Part shown: in pieces, positions 31,860-37,959 of the stretch
Layout: each line of letters opens with the position of its first letter
Numbering within the stretch: the stretch's first letter is position 1
Virus record (IMG/VR): IMGVR_UViG_3300046692_000110
DNA from: a virus
DNA length: 37,959 bases
Strand: one strand, 5' to 3'
Notes under the pieces: generated by a model
What the model saw: the letters and a program-made list of their open reading frames with translations, nothing else
What the model was told of the DNA's origin: nothing
Database searches by the model: none
Position numbers and translations under genes: made by a program

Positions 31860-32783
31860 ATGACTGCCCCTACTGGCACATTCCTCACCACGGCCGCCAT
31901 CGGTAACCGTGAAGACCTCACCGAAACCATCTACCGCATTTCCCCAACTGCCACGCCGTTCATCTCGCTGGCCGCCAAGGGTAAAGCGTCCAACACCCTG
32001 CACGAATGGCAGACCCAGGATCTGGCGGCTGCCGTGGCGAACAACGCCCAGGCTGAAGGCGATGACGCTACCGCCAAGACCGTAACCCCGACTGTGCGCC
32101 TGAACAACCGCACCCAGATCTCGACCAAAACCGTGATCGTGTCCGGCACCCAGCAAGGCATGAACCCGGCTGGCCGCAAGGATGAACTGGCTTACCAGCT
32201 CAGCCTGGCCTCGCTGGAACTGCGCCGCGACATGGAGAGCTCGGCTACCCAGCTGGATGTCTCGGCTACCGCGCCGCGTCAGTCTCGCGGCCTGGTTGGT
32301 TGGGTCGTGGACAACGTGAACCGCAACGGCGGCACCCTGGCTTCGTACACCGGCAACACTGGTCGTACCAAGGGCACTGCAATCGCGTTCACCGAGGCTC
32401 GCCTGAAGGACGTGCTTCAGAAGTGCTTCACCGCTGGCGGCGATCCGGATTCGATCCTGTTGCCGCCTGGCGCCAAGCAAACCTTCTCCACCTTCACCGG
32501 TAACGCCACCCGCTTCGACAAGAGCGAAGACGCCAAGCTGTTCGCCTCGGTCGACGTGTACGTGTCGGACTTCGGCGAATTGAAGGCCATCCCTTCGCGC
32601 TTCCAAGATGCGAACGACGTGTTCGTGCTCCAGGCGGACAAGTGGGCCATCAGCTACCTGCGCCCATTCAGCACCGACGAACTGGCCAAAACCGGCGACT
32701 CCGAGAAGCGCATGCTGAAAGTGGAGTGGTGTGTGGAAGCCCGTGCGCCTAAGGCTAACGGCGCGATCTACGACGTCCTCTGA
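31860..32783 (+). CDS. Major capsid protein
   Basis: 307 aa after the scaffold gene and followed by a strong terminator. The N-terminus AIGNREDLTETIYRISPTATPF is typical of one HK97-fold capsid family. Confidence 0.85.
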   Translation: MTAPTGTFLTTAAIGNREDLTETIYRISPTATPFISLAAKGKASNTLHEWQTQDLAAAVANNAQAEGDDATAKTVTPTVRLNNRTQISTKTVIVSGTQQGMNPAGRKDELAYQLSLASLELRRDMESSATQLDVSATAPRQSRGLVGWVVDNVNRNGGTLASYTGNTGRTKGTAIAFTEARLKDVLQKCFTAGGDPDSILLPPGAKQTFSTFTGNATRFDKSEDAKLFASVDVYVSDFGELKAIPSRFQDANDVFVLQADKWAISYLRPFSTDELAKTGDSEKRMLKVEWCVEARAPKANGAIYDVL

Positions 32784-32802
32784 TCCTGAGGCAATCACCC
32801 AA

Positions 32803-32825
32803 GGGGAGCTTCGGCTCCCCTTTTT
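32803..32825 (+). terminator. Terminator or attenuator after the capsid gene
   Basis: GGGGAGC-TTCG-GCTCCCC followed by T5. Confidence 0.8.
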
Positions 32826-32842
32826 CTTTTAGGAGAAATCAC

Positions 32843-33265
32843 ATGCCCATGATCAAACAGAATGCCGACAGTTCGCTCGGCATCGAGGGTACGGCCGGCG
32901 GCGATGGCGGCTTCATTCCGCTGACGCTGAACTACACCGCGTCCATCGTTGACTGCACGATGTTCACTGCCGATCGCCCATACACCGTCAAGGCCATTCG
33001 TGGCCGGGTCGATGTGGCTGGCACCGGTGGCGCCTGCACTGCGGTGATCCGCAAAGCGGCCAGCGGTACGGCAATCACTTCCGGCACTGCGCTGCATTCC
33101 GCCAGCTTCAACCTGGTCGGTACTGCCAACGCCCAGCAAGCACTGACGTTGTCGACTACCGCGAGCGACCTACTGTTGGCCGCTGGCGACTCCATCGTCT
33201 TCGACCTCACCGGCACCGCAACGTCTGCCGTCGGCGCGATCAGCGTGTTCCTGAACCCGGCCTGA
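32843..33265 (+). CDS. 140-aa beta-rich virion protein (possible decoration protein)
   Basis: AGGAGAAATCAC precedes the ATG. It is bracketed by two terminator-like hairpins. Confidence 0.6.
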   Translation: MPMIKQNADSSLGIEGTAGGDGGFIPLTLNYTASIVDCTMFTADRPYTVKAIRGRVDVAGTGGACTAVIRKAASGTAITSGTALHSASFNLVGTANAQQALTLSTTASDLLLAAGDSIVFDLTGTATSAVGAISVFLNPA

Positions 33266-33268
33266 TGT

Positions 33269-33289
33269 AACGCCCTTCGGGGCGTTTTT
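33269..33289 (+). terminator. Terminator or attenuator
   Basis: AACGCCC-TTCG-GGGCGTT followed by T5. Confidence 0.75.
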
Positions 33290-33304
33290 CTTTGGAGTTC
33301 ACCC

Positions 33305-33613
33305 ATGAGTAACACCCTCGATTTCGCCATCACTGTGACGGTGACTGGCATCGCCATGGCCACGTCCGGCACATCTGCCAACGCCACCATCCCGCTTGAT
33401 TCGAGCGGCAACGTGCCGAAGTACATCCGTATTTCCGCGACTGCTGCCGCGACTGTGCGTATCGGCTCTGGCACGCCTGTCGCGCTCACCACCGACCTTC
33501 TGGTGCAGCCAGGGGATGCGGTCGTGCTTGCAACCAGCGGCTGCACCAAGGTTGCTGCGATTCAGGTCACCGCGCCTGGCGTCGTACAGGTCTCCCCGAT
33601 GGAGAACGCGTGA
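33305..33613 (+). CDS. 102-aa virion-region protein
   Basis: GGAG precedes the ATG. Thr/Ala/Val-rich. Confidence 0.6.
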   Translation: MSNTLDFAITVTVTGIAMATSGTSANATIPLDSSGNVPKYIRISATAAATVRIGSGTPVALTTDLLVQPGDAVVLATSGCTKVAAIQVTAPGVVQVSPMENA

Positions 33614-33900
33614 TGCTCGACCTCGAGACGAAGTTCCATTTCCACGATGGCAGCATGACAGTCGAGCGTACGCAGGATTGCACGCCCATCGTCGAGCACG
33701 CCAAGGCCCTGCACAACGCCGGGATGCATGGCGGGTCGGAAATGAAATACGCGGCCAAAATCCCGTTCGTGATCATCGAGGACTACTGCAACAAGCACGA
33801 CATCACCTTTCATGAGTGCATCTCCAACAAGGAGCACATGCGCCGGATGCTCAACGACCCTGATCTGTCCGCATTTCGAATCTGGAAGGGCAAGGTATGA
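33610..33900 (+). CDS. 96-aa hypothetical protein
   Basis: Start/stop coupled to its neighbours. Confidence 0.6.
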   Translation: MMLDLETKFHFHDGSMTVERTQDCTPIVEHAKALHNAGMHGGSEMKYAAKIPFVIIEDYCNKHDITFHECISNKEHMRRMLNDPDLSAFRIWKGKV

Positions 33901-34502
33901 GCATCACCAACTACTCCGAATTGCAAGCTTCTGTGGCGTCTTGGCTCAACCGTGGCGACTTGTCGGCAAGCATCACCGACTTCATCACCCTGGCAGAGTC
34001 GCAACTGAACAGAGACTTGCAGGCGCGCTTCATGGACACGAAAACCACGCTGCCTACAGTGGTTGGTGTGAAAACCGTAGTGTTGCCGACTGACATGCTG
34101 GAGATACGCCGTCTCCAGGTGGCGGGCACCTATAATCAGCCGCTGTCCTATCGCTCCCCTGATGAGTTGAGCGTCGATTTTTCGGACAATTCGTCTGGCC
34201 AGCCCGTTGTATTCACGGTAGTAGGCGCAAATGCTGAACTGGCTCCGATCCCCGATGCGATTTATTCGCTGGAACTGACCTATCGGCAGCGCATTCCAGC
34301 ACTTTCGGTGTCGAACACCACCAACTGGCTGTTGACCAATTGGCCAGACGCCTACCTGTGGGCGTCCCTGCTCGCGGCCACGCCGTTCATCATGAACGAT
34401 GAGCGCCTGGCTACCTGGGGGCAGCTATATGCCCAGGCCGTCGAAGGTATAAACGGCGTCGACTGGTACAGCGGGTCCACCATGAAGGTGCGCGCGCGAT
34501 GA
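33897..34502 (+). CDS. Virion protein, possible head-tail adaptor
   Basis: The N-terminus MSITNYSELQASVASWLNRGDLSASITDFITLAESQLNRDL is a recurring phage head-completion signature. Confidence 0.55.
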   Translation: MSITNYSELQASVASWLNRGDLSASITDFITLAESQLNRDLQARFMDTKTTLPTVVGVKTVVLPTDMLEIRRLQVAGTYNQPLSYRSPDELSVDFSDNSSGQPVVFTVVGANAELAPIPDAIYSLELTYRQRIPALSVSNTTNWLLTNWPDAYLWASLLAATPFIMNDERLATWGQLYAQAVEGINGVDWYSGSTMKVRAR

Positions 34503-35944
34503 TCCCTCTGCTCGGATTTGCGCCGGATGCCGACGTTACGACGCCTGGCGTTATCTCAAATTGCGCGAACCTGATTCCCTACCAGAACGGTATGGAAGGT
34601 GCACCGGAGCCGGCCACGCCTGCCTCAACGCCTGTTCTGGCTGCAGCCTGCATTGGTGCCGCCGTAGTGTCAAAGCTCGACGACACGCGCCGGATCATTG
34701 CGGGCACGACCACCAAGCTCTACGAACTGGTATCTGGGGCATGGTCCGATGTTTCCCGGGTGGCGGTGTACACAGGTGGTGTTGATACCCGGTGGGCGAT
34801 TACCCAATTCGGTGATGCCACGCTGTGTGCAAACCGCGCAGACGTGATCCAGCGCTCAACAGGTGCGGCATTCTCCGACATTTCCGGATCTCCGAAGGCT
34901 GAAATCATTTTCACGGTAGGCGCCTTTGTCATGGCGCTGAACCTTAATGACGGCTCAGAAAAGCCTGATGGGTGGCAGTGCTGCGCCGCGTTCGACGACA
35001 CGCTGTGGACGCCGAGCCTTGCGACTCAGGCTACGGCAGGGCGCCTTGTGGCCACTGCTGGTCGACTCACTGCGGGCATGCGCCTTGGCGAGTACGCAAT
35101 CGCCTACAAGACGCGCTCCATCTACCTGGGTCAGTACGTCGGTGCTCCCACCGTGTGGAACTGGATTCAGGTGCCTGGCGGTGACGCGGGTTGTGTCGGC
35201 AAGGAGGCTATCTGTGACATCGGCGGCGCGCACTTCTTCGTCGGTGATGACAATCTGTGGATCTTCGACGGCACCCGGCCAATTCCGGTCGCTGACGGCT
35301 TTGTTCGGCAGTTTTTCTACGACAACTCGAACCCGGCCTATCGCTACAAAACCATTTGCACCTTCGATCGGCAGAAGAATCTGGTGTGGGTGTTCTACCC
35401 GTCGCTCGGCTCGACAGTCCCGAATGCGGCGATTGTTTATCACATCACCGCAAAGAAATGGGGCGTTGCAAACCGGACCATTGAGGCCGCCCTCAACTAC
35501 GTGTCGAACGGCGTGACCATTGATGGACTTTCGGCCATTTCCGCCACCATTGACGGCTTGTCGTCCTACTCGTTCGACTCGCAATTCTGGCTGGCTGGTG
35601 GCAAGTCGATGTCCATCTTCAACGCTTCGCACCAACTCCAATCGATGACCGGCGCCTCCGTCGCCAGTTCGATGACGACAGGCGAGGTGGGTGATGACGA
35701 TGCTGTCTCGGCCCTGAACCGAATCCGCATCCGCTATGCCGTCGCTCCTACTTCCGCATCCGTGCAGACCTTCATCCAGCAGAACTCGGGTGTTGGCTTC
35801 ACTGCGGAGACGTCCGGAGCCGTGCTGGATGGCAAGTTTGACCTGAGACAATCCGCTCGCTGGCACAAGGCGACGTTCAGTTTTACTGGCCCCGTGAGAC
35901 TCACGCATATGGATGCGAGCCTCACTAAGGCCGGGATGCGGTGA
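34499..35944 (+). CDS. 481-aa tail or virion structural protein
   Basis: Large coupled ORF in the tail region. No motif recognised. Confidence 0.65.
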   Translation: MIPLLGFAPDADVTTPGVISNCANLIPYQNGMEGAPEPATPASTPVLAAACIGAAVVSKLDDTRRIIAGTTTKLYELVSGAWSDVSRVAVYTGGVDTRWAITQFGDATLCANRADVIQRSTGAAFSDISGSPKAEIIFTVGAFVMALNLNDGSEKPDGWQCCAAFDDTLWTPSLATQATAGRLVATAGRLTAGMRLGEYAIAYKTRSIYLGQYVGAPTVWNWIQVPGGDAGCVGKEAICDIGGAHFFVGDDNLWIFDGTRPIPVADGFVRQFFYDNSNPAYRYKTICTFDRQKNLVWVFYPSLGSTVPNAAIVYHITAKKWGVANRTIEAALNYVSNGVTIDGLSAISATIDGLSSYSFDSQFWLAGGKSMSIFNASHQLQSMTGASVASSMTTGEVGDDDAVSALNRIRIRYAVAPTSASVQTFIQQNSGVGFTAETSGAVLDGKFDLRQSARWHKATFSFTGPVRLTHMDASLTKAGMR

Positions 35945-36246
35945 CAGGAATGTCCAAGCTCAACACGACACCGCGAGTGGGCACAAACGACCCGGTAATG
36001 CAGCGCGAGCTTCGTGAGCATGCAACCCAGGTCAACCTTCTTTCCGAGGGGCGCATCGTCGCGTCTTACAACGCGCTCACGTCGACACCAACGGCCGGCA
36101 CCAACATGCAGGGCGACTTTGTAAAGAACTCGGCCCCTTCCGAGTTGGGAACGGCCGGCTCCAAATACGTCGTCGAGGGATGGGTCTGTGTCGTCTCCGG
36201 CAGTCCGGGCACCTGGGTGCAAAAGCGCTTCCTGACGGGTAACTGA
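35941..36246 (+). CDS. About 100-aa virion-region protein
   Basis: Coupled ORF. The start is either GTG at 35941 or ATG at 35950. Confidence 0.55.
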   Translation: MTGMSKLNTTPRVGTNDPVMQRELREHATQVNLLSEGRIVASYNALTSTPTAGTNMQGDFVKNSAPSELGTAGSKYVVEGWVCVVSGSPGTWVQKRFLTGN

Positions 36247-36656
36247 TGAATAAATTGATTGTGGTGCCTTCGACGCATATCGACGTGGCCTGGAAAGAGG
36301 GTGCGCATCGCCTGGGCCTTGCATGCGCCACTTCAGGCGGCGAGATCAGCGGCGATCAACTGAAGATGATGCTCAGCCGCGGAGAGCGGACCCTGCTCAG
36401 AATGGATCTTGACGAAAAGATCGTTGGGTGGGCGGTGATCGGTGTGGAGCAACTGCCCAACTTCCGCGTCTTGTACGTCTACGAGCTGTACGCACCACAC
36501 GGCAGCTTTGAAAGCTTCTTTGATGAACTGAAAGCAATGGCGCATGCCTTTGGCTGTCTGCGCATGCGCTGCGCTGCCAAACCAGCGCAGGAGCGTCTCT
36601 ATCGGCAGCGCTGTGGATTCGCGCCGGTCTACCAAGTCCTGGAGGTTGAACTGTGA
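36246..36656 (+). CDS. 136-aa protein with a possible GNAT-like fold
   Basis: IVGWAVIGVE...RVLYVYELY...AHAFGCLRMRC...ERLYRQRCGF.. follows the strand/helix order of acetyltransferases but lacks a clear CoA-binding motif. Confidence 0.4.
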   Translation: MNKLIVVPSTHIDVAWKEGAHRLGLACATSGGEISGDQLKMMLSRGERTLLRMDLDEKIVGWAVIGVEQLPNFRVLYVYELYAPHGSFESFFDELKAMAHAFGCLRMRCAAKPAQERLYRQRCGFAPVYQVLEVEL

Positions 36657-37783
36657 ATATTGATGCCCTGCATGAACAGCTCAGTGCAGAATTTGGTGGT
36701 CCTGCTATTGGTGCGTTGCCCGCTTTCCGTGGTGACGTGGTGCGTCCGCATAAGGGCGGAGGTGGGGGCTCAAGCACCACCGTTCAGACCATCCCTGACG
36801 AACTGAAGCCACTTGCGTCGGCTTACAGCAAACGGGCAATGGGGCTTGCCAATCAGCCCTATCAGCCCTATGGCGGTCAGCAAGTCGCTGGGCTGAATGA
36901 CTTCCAAAACGCCTCGGCGAATATGATTGCCTACCGTACGCTCCATGGCGATCCATTGATGGACCAAGCCAGAACCACGGTGCATACCGGGATCGCTACT
37001 GGTAACGCGGCGACGGCAAACCCTTACGGTTATTCGGCAGGCGTTGGCGGTGCCGCGCCATCTGCAGGCGTTGGCGCTGCTTCGTCGGCGGACAACGGCG
37101 GCACCAACCAGTACGCTGGAGCAAACCCGTATTTGCAGCAGAACATTAACGCGGCGTTGGGCGACATCACACGCAACTACAACGATGCGGTGGCTCCAGG
37201 GCTGACCACTCAAATGGTTAACTCTGGATCGTTCGGCAATACCGGGGCTCAGGCATCCACGGCGAACGCGCTCAACGACCTGACCAAGAATCTGGCCAAC
37301 ACGTCTTCCGGCATGCGCATGCAGGACTACCAGACGCAGCAGCAACTGGCCGAAAGCCAGATCAACCGCAATCTGCAAAACAATCAATTCAACGCCGGTA
37401 TGTACGACACGGCGCTCGGGCGCAATCTCCAGAACAACCAGTTCAATGCGGGCCTCGCCGATACGGCATTGGGTCGCTCGCAGCAGAACAACCAGTTCAA
37501 CTCAAGCATGGGCAGCGACTACGCAGGGCGCAATGACCAGATGATGGGCAACATGCTCAACCTGGCACCTACCTTCGGCAACCAGGCCTACACGGATGCT
37601 TCCCAGCTGATGAAGGTAGGTCAGGAGTATCAGGACAACAGCCAACAGGGCCTTGATGCTCAGTATCAGAGCTATCTGGATCAGCAAAACCTTCCTTATA
37701 AGCAGCTCGCCGCCATGTCCGGGGTATTCGATTCAGGCCTTGGCCAGACGCAATCAACGAAATCTTCTGGAGGCGGTAAATAA
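36653..37783 (+). CDS. 376-aa Asn/Gln-rich internal virion (ejection-type) protein
   Basis: GTG start overlapping the upstream stop. It contains three tandem 18-aa repeats. Confidence 0.65.
   Translation: MNIDALHEQLSAEFGGPAIGALPAFRGDVVRPHKGGGGGSSTTVQTIPDELKPLASAYSKRAMGLANQPYQPYGGQQVAGLNDFQNASANMIAYRTLHGDPLMDQARTTVHTGIATGNAATANPYGYSAGVGGAAPSAGVGAASSADNGGTNQYAGANPYLQQNINAALGDITRNYNDAVAPGLTTQMVNSGSFGNTGAQASTANALNDLTKNLANTSSGMRMQDYQTQQQLAESQINRNLQNNQFNAGMYDTALGRNLQNNQFNAGLADTALGRSQQNNQFNSSMGSDYAGRNDQMMGNMLNLAPTFGNQAYTDASQLMKVGQEYQDNSQQGLDAQYQSYLDQQNLPYKQLAAMSGVFDSGLGQTQSTKSSGGGK
37367..37528 (+). repeat. Three tandem 54-bp repeats encoding RNLQNNQFNAG..DTALG
   Basis: Units lie at 37367-37420, 37421-37474 and 37475-37528. 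The third unit is more diverged. Confidence 0.8.
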
Positions 37784-37959
37784 TGCTCCCACTATTAGCT
37801 ATCCCGATTGTTGCTGGTGCCGTCATTGGTGCATTTTCGGATAAGAAAAAACCACTGCGCGGCGCCGCCTTGGGTGCAGCGGCTGGCGCTACCGGTGGCG
37901 GGTTGCTGGGCGTTGGTGCGGGAGCGGCGGGAGCAGGTGCTGCTGGAGCAGCAGGTGCT
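37783..37959 (+). CDS. N-terminal part of an Ala/Gly-rich membrane-anchored virion protein (continues at base 128 after circularisation, 183 aa in total)
   Basis: The ATG overlaps the stop of the upstream gene (TAATG). The N-terminus MLPLLAIPIVAGAVIGAF is hydrophobic. The frame continues into 2..502. Confidence 0.7.
   Translation, partial: MLPLLAIPIVAGAVIGAFSDKKKPLRGAALGAAAGATGGGLLGVGAGAAGAGAAGAAGA
37833..37959. repeat. Terminal overlap, exact copy of 1..127
   Basis: Same as the 1..127 repeat feature. Confidence 0.95.

Noticed and set aside
31746-32798. 350-aa minus-strand ORF opposite the major capsid gene
   Set aside because: It is an antisense shadow ORF with no ribosome-binding site or motif. 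The capsid frame is clearly the real one.
34955-35908. 317-aa minus-strand ORF opposite the 481-aa tail protein (also 29738-30439 opposite the portal gene, and 32932-33549)
   Set aside because: Same reasoning: these are Arg/Gly-rich shadow frames inside a tightly coupled + strand operon.
1-37959. Reverse transcriptase, CRISPR array, transposase or IS element
   Set aside because: No ORF translation contains a YxDD-type RT motif. There are no regularly spaced short repeats; the three 100-bp repeats are gene 3' ends. No transposase-like ORF or terminal inverted repeats were seen.

Overview
The window is one complete, circularly permuted genome of a temperate lambdoid phage. Bases 1-127 are identical to 37833-37959, so the unique length is 37,832 bp. 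No tail tube, sheath or tape-measure gene is recognisable, so I infer a short-tailed (podovirus-like) virion.

Genome map:
- Late operon (+ strand, crosses the linearisation point): Q-type antiterminator, late promoter and terminator, holin-like gene, TerS, TerL, portal, scaffold, major capsid, virion and ejection proteins, Gly-rich tail fibre, GH19 endolysin, and Rz with embedded Rz1.
- Integration module: an attP made of the 3' part of tRNA-Ser(CGA), flanked by short repeat motifs, then a tyrosine integrase.
- Leftward early operon (- strand): Xis-like gene, many small ORFs, C5 cytosine methyltransferase, HNH gene, YqaJ-type exonuclease.
- Immunity region: cI (HTH plus S24 peptidase), a secreted moron, divergent promoters sharing an operator-like motif, and Cro.
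- Rightward early genes: O-like and P-like replication genes with iterons inside O, a TraR/DksA zinc finger, NinB, NinG and a metallophosphatase.

Most interesting observations:
1. Three paralogous DUF1566/lectin-fold-like genes in the early operon end in a 100-bp block whose differences have the adenine-specific, codon-position-1/2, NNC-codon signature of a diversity-generating retroelement (DGR). The first is followed by a truncated Avd-like gene. The genome has no template repeat and no reverse transcriptase; an HNH gene sits where they would be expected.
2. The methyltransferase locus carries two full-length same-strand overlapping reading frames, both with recognisable motifs. A G8 homopolymer lies where a one-base slip would swap their C-termini.

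Limits: all family names come from motif recognition by eye. No database search was possible.
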